A stretch of 64,000 bases of DNA, taken from NCBI GenBank assembly GCA_048499675.1, contig JASNZL010000002.1:40138-104137 (forward strand), given 5' to 3'. Positions within the stretch are counted from its first letter, which is position 1. Each line of letters opens with the position of its first letter. This DNA is from Candidatus Zambryskiibacteriota bacterium (GTDB lineage: Bacteria; Patescibacteriota; Minisyncoccia; Phycocordibacterales; WO2-35-19). The notes under the pieces are model-generated. The model was not told where the DNA came from. It saw only the letters and a list, made by a program, of their open reading frames with translations, and ran no database searches. Positions 45,651 through 55,187 of this stretch are shown here, in pieces. The position numbers were made by a program, and so were the translations under genes.

Positions 45651-47357
45651 ATGCCTAAAACGTACAAAGTAAAACCAGAACTACCTAAAAAAACAAAGGT
45701 GGAGCTAAAAGATTTTGACCCTCTGACAGCAAAACTTCTCTCTAATAGAGGTATAACAACAAAAAAAGAAGCGGAAAAATTTGTAAATCCAGATTTTGAA
45801 AACCATCTACATGATCCTTTTTTGCTCTGCGATATGGGGAAAGCGGTAGATAGGATATTATTTGCCATAAAAAAGAATCAAAAAATTGGAATTTGGAGCG
45901 ACTACGATGCAGACGGAATACCTGGGGGCGCGCTTTTGTATGATTTTTTCAAAAAGATTGGTTTTAATAACTTTGTAAACTACATACCAAACAGACATAC
46001 GGAAGGGTACGGGATGAATATAGAAAATATTGAAAGATTGAAAGAAGAAAAGATTGAATTATTAATAACGATAGATTGTGGCATCCGCGACATAAAAGAA
46101 GTCAACAGAGCAAACGAGTTAGGTATTGATGTAATAATTACAGACCACCACGAGCAATCCGATGGGCTGCCTGATGCTTTTGCAATAATAAATCCAAAAC
46201 GAACTGACTCAAAATATCCCGAGCAAGTTTTGTGTGGTACAGGTGTAGTATGGAAACTTATTCAAGCGATATTAATAAAGAATAGGGAATTATTAAAAGA
46301 AGGGCACGAAAAATGGCTTCTTGATTTGGTGGGTATTGCCACTCTTTCTGATATGGTTCCGCTCACTGGAGAGAATAGGGTGCTATCACGTTTTGGACTT
46401 TCTGTTTTGAGGAAGAGTAGGCGATCAGGACTCAATAAACTTTTTCAAATGCTTCGAATGAATAAACAAAATTTGAGTGAAGACGATATAGCTTTTATGA
46501 TAACTCCGCGAATAAATGCGGCGTCCCGAATGGGACATCCGATTGATGCTTTCAATCTTTTGATTGCAGAAAATGATAGCGATGCAGAAACCTATGCAAG
46601 ACACTTGGACCACATCAACAATGAGAGAAAAGGAATTGTTGCAAGCATTACCAAAGAGGCCAAGAAAAAAATAAAAGAAAAGATTTTAAATTTTGGGGAA
46701 AAGCCAGTTATAGTTTTGGGAAACCCAGATTGGCGACCATCACTTTTAGGACTAGTTGCAAACTCTGTTGCCGAAGAATACAAACGTCCGGTTTTTCTCT
46801 GGGGCAAAGAAGGGGGGGATACGATAAAAGGTTCTTGCCGGTCAGATGGTTCTACTAATTTGGTTGCCATAATGGAGAGAGCAAACGGAGCTTTTTTGGA
46901 TTTTGGAGGACACAAATTCTCTGGAGGATTCTCAGTTGATTTTGAAAAAATTCACACACTAGAAGAAACTATTATTGACGCGTGTCTACACTCACCAGTT
47001 TTGGAAGAAGATATTTTTGTTGATGAAGAAATAAGTCTTTCGGATGTTAATCAAAAAACAGTAGAGAAAATTTTTGCACTTGCCCCGTTTGGAGTAGGGA
47101 ATGAAAAACCTGTCTTTACTTTTAGAGATGTGATACCCGAGAGAATAAATCGTTTTGGAAAAAACAAAGAGCATCTCTCTGTTATATTTAGAGATGGAAG
47201 CAGTACAGCAAAAGCAATTTCTTTTTTTACTTCACCTGATCAATTTGGAGACTTGCTCAAAGAGGGAATTAAGACAAATCTTGTAGCAAATATCGAGAAA
47301 TCATTTTTCAATGGCTCAAGTGAAATAAGATTACGCATCGTGGATTTTTTTAAATAA
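45651..47357 (+). CDS. recJ: single-stranded-DNA-specific exonuclease RecJ
   Basis: DHH motifs IGIWSDYDADG, ITIDCG, ITDHHE; DHHA1 GGHKFSGGFS; start placed at the ATG after the terminator. Confidence 0.8.
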   Translation: MPKTYKVKPELPKKTKVELKDFDPLTAKLLSNRGITTKKEAEKFVNPDFENHLHDPFLLCDMGKAVDRILFAIKKNQKIGIWSDYDADGIPGGALLYDFFKKIGFNNFVNYIPNRHTEGYGMNIENIERLKEEKIELLITIDCGIRDIKEVNRANELGIDVIITDHHEQSDGLPDAFAIINPKRTDSKYPEQVLCGTGVVWKLIQAILIKNRELLKEGHEKWLLDLVGIATLSDMVPLTGENRVLSRFGLSVLRKSRRSGLNKLFQMLRMNKQNLSEDDIAFMITPRINAASRMGHPIDAFNLLIAENDSDAETYARHLDHINNERKGIVASITKEAKKKIKEKILNFGEKPVIVLGNPDWRPSLLGLVANSVAEEYKRPVFLWGKEGGDTIKGSCRSDGSTNLVAIMERANGAFLDFGGHKFSGGFSVDFEKIHTLEETIIDACLHSPVLEEDIFVDEEISLSDVNQKTVEKIFALAPFGVGNEKPVFTFRDVIPERINRFGKNKEHLSVIFRDGSSTAKAISFFTSPDQFGDLLKEGIKTNLVANIEKSFFNGSSEIRLRIVDFFK

Positions 47358-47389
47358 TATAGATGTTTTGTGATAATATTTATTTTATG

Positions 47390-47905
47390 ATAAAGAAATT
47401 AGTATTATTGCCAGAAGAAATTATCGAGAGAAAAATTTACCTAATAAAGGGAGTTAAAGTAATGCTTGATAGCGACTTAGCTTTTCTTTATCAGGTACCT
47501 ACTTTTAGATTAAATGAAGCGGTCAAAAGAAACAAAGATAGATTTCCAACCGACTTCATGTTTCAGCTAAACGAAAAAGAGGCAAGGTTTTTGACATCGC
47601 AATTTGCGATACCAAAAGGTCGTGGTGGTCGAAGAACTTTACCGTATGTATTTACAGAACATGGTGTTGCCATGCTCTCTTCGGTTCTAAATAGCAAAAG
47701 AGCAATCCAAGTCAATATTGCTATCATAAGAGCTTTTATAAAGCTCCGCGAACTTTTAGCTACACACAAGAACCTAATTTCAGAAATTAATAAAATAAAA
47801 AGAGAACAAAAAAATCAAAATCAGAAAATTAATTCTGTAATTAACGTCATTGGTCAGATGATAAATCCAAAAGTTGACGAAAAAGAACCGATAGGGTTCA
47901 AATAA
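47390..47905 (+). CDS. ORF6N-domain DNA-binding protein (antirepressor-like)
   Basis: IKGVKVMLDSDLAFLYQVPTFRLNEAVKRNKDRFPTDFMFQL...PYVFTEHGVAMLSSVL. Confidence 0.6.
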   Translation: MKKLVLLPEEIIERKIYLIKGVKVMLDSDLAFLYQVPTFRLNEAVKRNKDRFPTDFMFQLNEKEARFLTSQFAIPKGRGGRRTLPYVFTEHGVAMLSSVLNSKRAIQVNIAIIRAFIKLRELLATHKNLISEINKIKREQKNQNQKINSVINVIGQMINPKVDEKEPIGFK

Positions 47906-47945
47906 AAAATATAAAGGTCGTGCCTCAAAGAACGTATCACACGAC

Positions 47946-48545
47946 TTGAATTCACTAAATCAAATGAACAAATATATTATTTATACAGACGGTTCATCGA
48001 GAGGGAATCCAGGTAGGGGAGGATGGGCTGTCATCATTATTGAAAATAATGATGACAGCAAATTCCAAATTACACCTGTCCAGCGAAGCTTCAGCGTAGT
48101 TGGAAATGACACCTGCCTGCCGGCAAGGCAGGAATTACAAATAAAAGAATTAGGTGGGAGGGAAGAGATGACAACGAATAACAGGATGGAGATGACTGCA
48201 AGTATTGAGGGACTGAAGAACACACCAGAGAATTGTGAAGTAGAAATTTATACTGATTCAGAATATTTGATGAAAGGCATAACTCTCTGGATTTATAATT
48301 GGCAAAAAAATAACTGGAGGACCAAAGACAAGAAAGATGTTTTGAACAAGGATTTGTGGTTACAACTTTTGGAAGAGACACAAAAAAGAAAAGTGGTTTG
48401 GAAAAAAGTTTTAGGACATTCAGGAGACAAGTTAAATGATAGATGTGACGAGATTGCTACAAGCTTTGCAGACAACAAAAGTATTGTCCTATATAATGGC
48501 TTAAAACAAGACTATTTTTTGTTTCACCAAAACAGAGAAAAATAG
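47946..48545 (+). CDS. rnhA: ribonuclease HI carrying an in-frame GC-rich palindromic insertion
   Basis: YTDGSSRGNPGRGGWAVII...TTNNRMEMTA...YTDSEYL...GHSGD..NDRCDE; an extra ~25-aa segment (SFSVVGNDTCLPARQELQIKELGGRE) encoded around the hairpin at 48112-48132. Confidence 0.8.
   Translation: MNSLNQMNKYIIYTDGSSRGNPGRGGWAVIIIENNDDSKFQITPVQRSFSVVGNDTCLPARQELQIKELGGREEMTTNNRMEMTASIEGLKNTPENCEVEIYTDSEYLMKGITLWIYNWQKNNWRTKDKKDVLNKDLWLQLLEETQKRKVVWKKVLGHSGDKLNDRCDEIATSFADNKSIVLYNGLKQDYFLFHQNREK
48112..48132. repeat. GC-rich palindrome CCTGCC-TGCCGGCAA-GGCAGG (also at 42921-42942 and 14808-14837)
   Basis: Three copies of the cctgcctgc...ggcagg hairpin in an AT-rich genome, one of them inside the rnhA CDS. 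Confidence 0.7.
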
Positions 48546-48572
48546 TTTTTGTATGTTTCACTCAAACTCTAA

Positions 48573-50054
48573 ATGATTTACTTAAATGTTGTTTCATTTG
48601 CGATAGGAATTTTTTTAAAAGACTACTTCAATATTAGCTGGAGTAGTTTTTTGTTTATGGTTTTGATTGGTATTGTCTCTCTCCTTATCTTGAGAGAAAA
48701 AAAGTATTACAAATTTATAATATGTATTTTGTTTTTGACTCTTGGATTTTTTAGGATGCAAATCACAAATTCTTCCCCTGACCAAACATTACTACAAAAC
48801 ACAGGTATAGCATTTTCATTTGATGCTGTTGTAATCGAGGAGCCGGATATACGTGACAGCGGTACTCGTTACACAATCAAACCAATAGAGTACGAAAGTC
48901 TGATACTTTTGGTTGCCGATAGATTTCCTGAATTGAAATACGGAGACAAAATAAAAGTAGAAGGAAAAATTGAATTACCTAAAAATTTTATTACTGAAAC
49001 AGGCAATGAGTTTGATTACATTTCTTTCTTATCAAAAGATAAAATTCATTTTTTGATTTATAGACCAAAGATAGAAAAAATTGAAGAAGGAGAAGCAAAC
49101 GTATTGGTTGGCGCACTTTATAAACTCAAAAATAATTTTATAGAAAATATTGGAAGTGTTGTGAGAGAACCCGACTCATCACTTCTGGCTGGACTTATAT
49201 TTGGAGTGAAGCAATCTTTGGGACAAGACCTTCTGGATAATTTCAAAAAGGTCGGACTTGTTCACATCATTGTTCTCTCAGGTTACAACATTACAATCGT
49301 TGCGATGGCAATTCTTTATGTAACTGCTTACACTGGGAAAAGAACTTTGGGATTTATTTTGGCTGGAATTGGAATTGTACTTTTTGCAATTATGGTTGGT
49401 CTTGGTGCGACTGTGGTGAGAGCAAGTGTGATGGCTCTAATTGCAATTATTGCGAGACACTTAGGCAGACCGTCAGACGCTTTGCGTGCTCTATTTGTGG
49501 CCGGCTTCTTGATGCTTCTCTGGAATCCACTCACACTTATTCGCGATCCATCTTTTCAACTTTCCTTTAGTGCAACACTTGGTTTAATTTTGTACTCACC
49601 ATTTGTATACAATTTTGTTTCAGAAAAAATACCCGTGGTGACAGAAAAGCTTGGACTCCGAGAAATTCTTTCTTCAACTTTTGCAGTACAACTTTTTGTT
49701 TTACCACTTCTAACAAAAATGTCGGGAGTGGTTTCGATAATTTCTTTTATTGTTAATTTGATTGTTTTGCCTCTCGTTCCTTTTGCAATGTTTTTTGGAT
49801 TTCTCACTGGACTTTTAGGATTCATTCCACTCTTAGGAGTGCCCCTTTCGTGGATAGCAGGAATAGTTGCATTTGTATTTACTAAAATAATAATTACTGT
49901 GACAGAAATTGGAGCAAGTGTGCCATTTGCAGTTTTAAAAACTGGCACACTTCCACTATTCGGAATAATAGTTTGGTATCTGGTTTATGCTTTTGTTTAT
50001 TTAAAAATAAAAAAATTAAAACCAGCAAACAAAATTAATAGCAACACAATTTAA
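48573..50054 (+). CDS. comEC: ComEC/Rec2-family competence protein, N-terminal DUF4131 plus channel domain only (no MBL domain)
   Basis: LLAGLIFGVKQSLGQDLLDNFKKVGLVHIIVLSGYNITIV and 8+ TM helices; the MBL domain is encoded separately at 51351-52265. Confidence 0.7.
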   Translation: MIYLNVVSFAIGIFLKDYFNISWSSFLFMVLIGIVSLLILREKKYYKFIICILFLTLGFFRMQITNSSPDQTLLQNTGIAFSFDAVVIEEPDIRDSGTRYTIKPIEYESLILLVADRFPELKYGDKIKVEGKIELPKNFITETGNEFDYISFLSKDKIHFLIYRPKIEKIEEGEANVLVGALYKLKNNFIENIGSVVREPDSSLLAGLIFGVKQSLGQDLLDNFKKVGLVHIIVLSGYNITIVAMAILYVTAYTGKRTLGFILAGIGIVLFAIMVGLGATVVRASVMALIAIIARHLGRPSDALRALFVAGFLMLLWNPLTLIRDPSFQLSFSATLGLILYSPFVYNFVSEKIPVVTEKLGLREILSSTFAVQLFVLPLLTKMSGVVSIISFIVNLIVLPLVPFAMFFGFLTGLLGFIPLLGVPLSWIAGIVAFVFTKIIITVTEIGASVPFAVLKTGTLPLFGIIVWYLVYAFVYLKIKKLKPANKINSNTI

Positions 50055-50095
50055 AATCTACACTATTTTTACGGTCGTAAAAATAGTGTAGATTT
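50054..50095. terminator. perfect 16-bp-stem palindrome (tctacactatttttac / gtaaaaatagtgtaga)
   Basis: Lies between convergent genes. Confidence 0.6.
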
Positions 50096-50119
50096 TAAAA
50101 TTTTAATTTAATGATAAAA

Positions 50120-50158
50120 ATCGTAAAACGAAATCCGCCAAACCTTTCGGTTTGGCGG
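50120..50158 (-). terminator. terminator hairpin ccgccaaacc-tttc-ggtttggcgg for the minus-strand gene
   Basis: U-rich tail on the minus strand. Confidence 0.6.
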
Positions 50159-50170
50159 GAATAGGGAGAG

Positions 50171-50689
50171 CTATACAGGAAGCTTCATTCCAAAACACAG
50201 ATCAACACCGTGCTCTGCGCTCATCGATTTAATCATTTCTTTGATTTCGGCTAAATGCCTGCGTCCAAAGTTTTTGATGCGAAGACACTCACTTTCGGAC
50301 ATAGACAGAATATCTGCCAAGCGAGAAAATCCCGCCCTTTTCAGTGCATTATAGGTACGAACACTTAGAAGGAGTTCTTCAATGCACATTTCCAGGAGCC
50401 TCTTAAGTCTTTCAGACTTATCATCTTTATCTTGTTTTGCAGGCATCACAAACTCTAATACTTCTCCCTCTCCATCTTTTACTTGAGAAACAAAGAAGCC
50501 ATTCGCTGCATACCTTTCAATAGTGTTTGCAATACTCCTGTAAAAATCCAAAAGTCTCGCTGTGTACTCAACACCATCAACACATTCTTGAATTCTAGGC
50601 ATTTCAAACTTTAGAATCAGGGTTTCGCTTATCAACACAGAACACCACCTTTCTGCCCAAAAGAATATATTATATTTCCAAAAAGTCAA
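50171..50689 (-). CDS. protein with RNA polymerase alpha C-terminal-domain-like (HhH) region
   Basis: C-term LLSVRTYNALKRAGFSRLADILSMSESECLRIKNFGRRHLAEIKEMI; the N-terminal part is unassigned; the true start may be the internal ATG (MPRIQE...). Confidence 0.45.
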   Translation of the reverse strand: MTFWKYNIFFWAERWCSVLISETLILKFEMPRIQECVDGVEYTARLLDFYRSIANTIERYAANGFFVSQVKDGEGEVLEFVMPAKQDKDDKSERLKRLLEMCIEELLLSVRTYNALKRAGFSRLADILSMSESECLRIKNFGRRHLAEIKEMIKSMSAEHGVDLCFGMKLPV

Positions 50690-51283
50690 CTATTGCACTT
50701 TTCCAAAATTTTCCTCGATTGCTTTCCAGTTTAGGTTAGCGAAGAAGTCATTTACATAATCTTTCTTGCCACTCGGTTGGTAGTCATAAACAAAAGAATG
50801 CTCCCACATATCAAGAGCAAGTATTGGTGCGCATCCTTGGAGTTGACCTAAATGCTGTTCGTCTATCCAAGCATTCAAAAGACGATTTTCTTTTTTGTCA
50901 TAATAAAGAATTGCCCAGCCAATTCCACGAGTAAGAGCCATACTTTTAAAATAAGCGAGCCATTTATCAAATGAGCCAAAATCATCTTCAATTTTTTTCT
51001 TAAGAAAACTTCCTTCTTCTAATTCTTTTGGGCCACCTGAGAGTGATTCAAAATATACTTCGTGGTTTCTGATACCATTGTATTCAAAACCAAATCTCCT
51101 TTGAGTTTCGGCTATTGTGTAGGTGTTCTTCTCGAGGTCACTACTCATCTCTTCTATTTTTTCCAAAATTAAGTTTGTGTGCTTAACATACCCCGCATAA
51201 AGTTTTAGGTGCTCCTCAATATTTTTCTCTGAAATACCTTTTAGTTTTCCTATTTCAAATTGTTTTGCTTCAAAATGCTTCAT
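50690..51283 (-). CDS. sodA: Fe/Mn superoxide dismutase
   Basis: HHxKHH-type N-term (EEHLKLYAGYVKHTN), C-terminal DMWEHSFVYDY. Confidence 0.85.
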   Translation of the reverse strand: MKHFEAKQFEIGKLKGISEKNIEEHLKLYAGYVKHTNLILEKIEEMSSDLEKNTYTIAETQRRFGFEYNGIRNHEVYFESLSGGPKELEEGSFLKKKIEDDFGSFDKWLAYFKSMALTRGIGWAILYYDKKENRLLNAWIDEQHLGQLQGCAPILALDMWEHSFVYDYQPSGKKDYVNDFFANLNWKAIEENFGKVQ

Positions 51284-51350
51284 TTTTTTGTTTTTACTTT
51301 ATAAACTTTATAACTTAGAACTTTATACTATTATAATCTATCATAAAGTG

Positions 51351-52265
51351 ATGGAAAGGAGGTTTAAAATAAAAATAGCTATTTTTTCTATTTTGTTTTT
51401 AGGAGCAATTTTCTCTTTATACTTTGCAAATAGAGAAAGCAGAGCAGGGATTTTGACTGTTGCCTTCCTTGATGTAGGACAAGGGGACGCTATATTTATT
51501 GAAGCTCCAAACGGTAATCAAATGCTTGTTGATGGCGGGATTGGCAGGGGAGTGCTCCGTGAGCTCGGTAAAGCTATGCCTTTTTATGACAAAAGTATTG
51601 ATGTAGTAGTCGCAACTCATCCGGATGCTGACCACATAGGAGGATTAAATGATGTTTTAGGGAGATATAAAGTTGATTTATTTATGGAGAGCGGAGTTAT
51701 TTCTGATACTAGTTTTTATAAAGAATTAGAATCCAGAATTCTGAATCTTGAATCAAAAGGGAGAATAAAAAAGATGGAAGCAAGAAGTGGGATGATTGTA
51801 GATTTTGGCGGGGGAGTGTTTTTTGAAATCCTTTATCCTATATATGACACGGAAGGAATGGAGAGCAATAGTGCTTCAATAGTCGGGCGACTTGTTTATG
51901 GCGAAAATTCATTTATGCTCACCGGCGATTCACCCAAAAACATAGAGGAGTACTTAGTTTCTTTGGAGTGCCGAGGGCAACCCTTAATGTGCCCCGGTCC
52001 CAAAGGGTTGCCCTCGGCACTGAAGAGCAATGTATTAAAAGCCGGACATCACGGCTCAAAAACTTCCACTTCTGAAGCTTTTGTTGGAGCTGTTGCTCCA
52101 GAATACGCAGTCATTTCTGCCGGAAAAGACAACCGCTACGGTCATCCTCACCAAGAAGTTTTGGACACTCTAGAAAAATTTAACGTTCAAGTATTAAACA
52201 CCGCCGATTTAGGGAGAATTATATTTAAGAGTGATGGAAATAAAATTAACCTAATTTCTAATTAA
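51351..52265 (+). CDS. ComEC-type MBL-fold domain protein with an in-frame GC-rich hairpin insertion
   Basis: AFLDVGQGDAIFIEAPNGNQMLVDGG...THPDADHIGGL...LKAGHHGSKTS; inserted segment LECRGQPLMCPGPKGLPSALKS encoded by a 17-bp-stem GC hairpin. Confidence 0.7.
   Translation: MERRFKIKIAIFSILFLGAIFSLYFANRESRAGILTVAFLDVGQGDAIFIEAPNGNQMLVDGGIGRGVLRELGKAMPFYDKSIDVVVATHPDADHIGGLNDVLGRYKVDLFMESGVISDTSFYKELESRILNLESKGRIKKMEARSGMIVDFGGGVFFEILYPIYDTEGMESNSASIVGRLVYGENSFMLTGDSPKNIEEYLVSLECRGQPLMCPGPKGLPSALKSNVLKAGHHGSKTSTSEAFVGAVAPEYAVISAGKDNRYGHPHQEVLDTLEKFNVQVLNTADLGRIIFKSDGNKINLISN
51967..52021. repeat. GC-rich 17-bp-stem hairpin inside the MBL CDS (agtgccgagggcaaccc / gggttgccctcggcact)
   Basis: ~65% GC palindrome in an AT-rich gene; shares the 11-mer ggagtgccgag with the tRNA-Pro 3-prime repeat. 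Confidence 0.7.
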
Positions 52266-52390
52266 CCTCCCCCTTCATTATCATTTCGCAGGACAAGTAA
52301 TTGTTCTAAATAAAAAACAAAACCTGATTTAAGAATTGAGGCTTGGAAATTATTTAGGTTAATTAGAATAATTAGAGTACTTAGAATAAT

Positions 52391-52633
52391 TTATATTATT
52401 CCCGCCTCCTTCAAAGTGGCGTAAGCACCTTTCTTTTGAATAGTTTTGATTGCTTTTGTTGATAGGTTCAGAGTCAGTGTTTTGTTTATTTCAGGCACAA
52501 AAATCCTCTTTTTTTGGATATTAGCATAGCGTCTTTTTAGCCCAGTTGGATTGAATTGGGTAGCACGAGTCCTGTTGGAGTATCCGCCTCCAATTTGTGA
52601 TGTTTTTCCTGTTATAACGCATTGTTTTGCCAT
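52391..52633 (-). CDS. rpmB: 50S ribosomal protein L28
   Basis: MAKQCVITGKTSQIGGGYSNRTRATQFNPTGLKRRYANIQKKRIFVPE. Confidence 0.75.
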   Translation of the reverse strand: MAKQCVITGKTSQIGGGYSNRTRATQFNPTGLKRRYANIQKKRIFVPEINKTLTLNLSTKAIKTIQKKGAYATLKEAGII

Positions 52634-52788
52634 AGTGGACATTATGCTATCATAAGACTTGTATAAAGACAAGTAATTTTTAATTTAAAATTTTTAATTT
52701 TCATTCAATTTTCAATGTTTTAATATTTGAAAATTAAATAATTAAGACATTTATTGGAAATTCTAAATTGAAAATTGAAAATTAATAT

Positions 52789-53400
52789 ATGGAATTTATA
52801 TTTATTATCGCAATACTCATAATGTCGGTCGTTATTCACGAAGTCTCTCACGGATATGCAGCTTTGGCATTAGGGGACCCTACTGCAAAATACCAAGGGC
52901 GACTTACACTCAATCCTATTGCCCACTTAGACCCAGTCGGTTCATTTATTGTTCCAGCAATTGGATATTTTTTGGGAGGATTTATTATTGGCTGGGCACG
53001 ACCCGTCCCTTTTAATCCCTATAACCTAAAGAGTGCAAAATGGGGAGAAGCAATTGTTGCTGTAGCTGGCCCCCTTTCCAATATAGCCATTGCTGTTATT
53101 TTTGGAATAGTAATTCGTGTTGGTATCGCGAAAGACCTTCTCGATCCACAATTTTTAGGCCTTGCAAGTTTTGTAGTCTTAATAAATTTAGTTCTTGCTA
53201 TATTCAATATGATACCAATACCTCCACTTGATGGCTCTAAAATACTTTTTTCAATCCTGCCTCACAAATGGAGTCATTTGAGGTGGCAACTAGAAAAGTT
53301 TGGTTTAATATTTGTTTTTCTTTTTATATTTTTGTTCTGGCACATACTGAGTCCAATTATTTCTAAACTATTTTTATTAGTAACAGGTATTGATGCATAA
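52789..53400 (+). CDS. site-2 protease family (peptidase M50) membrane metalloprotease
   Basis: HEVSH zinc motif within a TM helix, multi-TM, LDGS region. Confidence 0.7.
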   Translation: MEFIFIIAILIMSVVIHEVSHGYAALALGDPTAKYQGRLTLNPIAHLDPVGSFIVPAIGYFLGGFIIGWARPVPFNPYNLKSAKWGEAIVAVAGPLSNIAIAVIFGIVIRVGIAKDLLDPQFLGLASFVVLINLVLAIFNMIPIPPLDGSKILFSILPHKWSHLRWQLEKFGLIFVFLFIFLFWHILSPIISKLFLLVTGIDA

Positions 53401-53455
53401 GATTTGCCTTAATATTGTAAAATAATAGAAGTGAAAATTTCACTTCTCTTATTTT

Positions 53456-54772
53456 ATGAATAAAAAACCAGTTTTTGTTCAACACGCAATCATATCACTT
53501 ATAGCTTTTGCTATTCTTCTTGGAATCGTTTTTTCTATTTTTACATTCATCCCAGAAATACTGGAGTACTCGCAAATTTATACAGGAATAAAACTTACTC
53601 CTGAAGAAATGCAATATCTATCAGTTCAAATTTTGCTTGTAATAATAAGCGTGCTTTTGTCTTATGTATTTTATTTATTATTATCTTCAAGAACTCGAAG
53701 TGAAATTCTTGCTTTTAAGCACAACAGAGCAATAGACTCTTCACTTAGGCAATTTACAAAATTATACGAGGAGTCTCCTGTACCTTATCTACTTCTAGAC
53801 GAAGAGGGCCACATACACAACCCAAATAAATCGGCCTTGCGCTTCTTTGGAGTTGTCCAAGAAGAGATAGAAGGTAAAAATATTTTTGATCTACAAATAG
53901 ATGAGAAGTCAGAAAAAAATGATCGCCTAATTAGATATTATAAATCAAATATTCCAATCAATCGGCAAGAGGTTCAGTTTGTAACAAAAAGCGGTAATAC
54001 AAAATGGGCTATTTTTTCTATATTTAACACCAAAAAAAGTAATTACTCTGGGCTAGCGACAATATTTGATATCACGGAACAAAAAAAATTGGATAAAGCA
54101 AAAACTGAATTTCTCTCACTTGCATCACACCAACTCAGAACTCCAGTTGCAACAATCAAATGGTACTTAGAAATGTTGCGCTCAGACAAAAACAAGACAA
54201 CACCAGAAAAACAAGCAGAATACCTTTTGCGAACACAGAAAGTCGCAGAGGATATGGGGGAACTTATAGATGCCCTCCTAAACGTATCTAGAATAGAGAT
54301 TGGTTCCATAAAACCAGAAATAAAAGAAACTAATTTGGTAGAGATAGTTGAGGGAATATTGAATGAGATGATTTATATGACAGAACAAAAGAAAATAGAA
54401 ATAATAAAAAAATATGAAGGGGATTTATCTAAAATAAAAACGGATCCAAAAATAATCAGAATTGTGATACATAACCTAATTTCTAATTCTTTAAAATACA
54501 CATTTCCAAACGGTAAAGTAACCATAGAAATTAGTGAATCATTTGATAAAGCCACAATCAACATATCGGACACGGGTGTTGGTATACCAAAAAACGAACA
54601 AGGCAAAATATTCACCAAAATGTTCAGGGCAGATAACGTAAAAAATCTAATTGGAAATCAAGGTACTGGTCTAGGATTATATTTGGTAAAATCATTATTA
54701 GATATAATCGGAGCAAAAATATCTTTTGTATCAGAAGAAAATGTTGGTTCAAAATTTACTATTAAACTTTAA
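53456..54772 (+). CDS. sensor histidine kinase (TM, PAS-like, HisKA, HATPase_c)
   Basis: H-box LASHQLRTPVATI, N-box NLISNSLKYT, G-box DTGVGIP, GTGLGLYLV. Confidence 0.8.
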   Translation: MNKKPVFVQHAIISLIAFAILLGIVFSIFTFIPEILEYSQIYTGIKLTPEEMQYLSVQILLVIISVLLSYVFYLLLSSRTRSEILAFKHNRAIDSSLRQFTKLYEESPVPYLLLDEEGHIHNPNKSALRFFGVVQEEIEGKNIFDLQIDEKSEKNDRLIRYYKSNIPINRQEVQFVTKSGNTKWAIFSIFNTKKSNYSGLATIFDITEQKKLDKAKTEFLSLASHQLRTPVATIKWYLEMLRSDKNKTTPEKQAEYLLRTQKVAEDMGELIDALLNVSRIEIGSIKPEIKETNLVEIVEGILNEMIYMTEQKKIEIIKKYEGDLSKIKTDPKIIRIVIHNLISNSLKYTFPNGKVTIEISESFDKATINISDTGVGIPKNEQGKIFTKMFRADNVKNLIGNQGTGLGLYLVKSLLDIIGAKISFVSEENVGSKFTIKL

Positions 54773-54778
54773 TAAAAT

Positions 54779-55159
54779 ATGGAAAAGGAGAATAAAAAAA
54801 GAATACTTGTTGTAGACGATGATGAAAATCTAAGATTGGTTTTGGTCGACAAACTAAATCAATCTGGTTTTGAAGCGATTGGTCTCGAAAATGGGAAATT
54901 GGGTTTAGAAAAAGCCCTAGAAACACATCCTGACGCTATTCTGCTTGATATTTTAATGCCAGTTATGAATGGTTGGGAAATGCTAGAGAAATTAAGGGAG
55001 GATGAATGGGGCAAAAATGCTAAAGTGATAATGTTAACCGTAATGGAAAATTCGGAATCAGTAGCCAGAGCAGTAGAGGATGGTAGTTTTAGTTATCTTA
55101 TAAAATCCAACCAGAGTATGGAAGATATTGTAAATAAGGTAAACGAAATTCTAAAATAA
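54779..55159 (+). CDS. response regulator receiver domain protein (stand-alone REC)
   Basis: ILVVDDDENLR...LLDILMPVMNGWE... Confidence 0.8.
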   Translation: MEKENKKRILVVDDDENLRLVLVDKLNQSGFEAIGLENGKLGLEKALETHPDAILLDILMPVMNGWEMLEKLREDEWGKNAKVIMLTVMENSESVARAVEDGSFSYLIKSNQSMEDIVNKVNEILK

Positions 55160-55187
55160 TCTTTCAAACAAACTCTCGCCATTCCAA

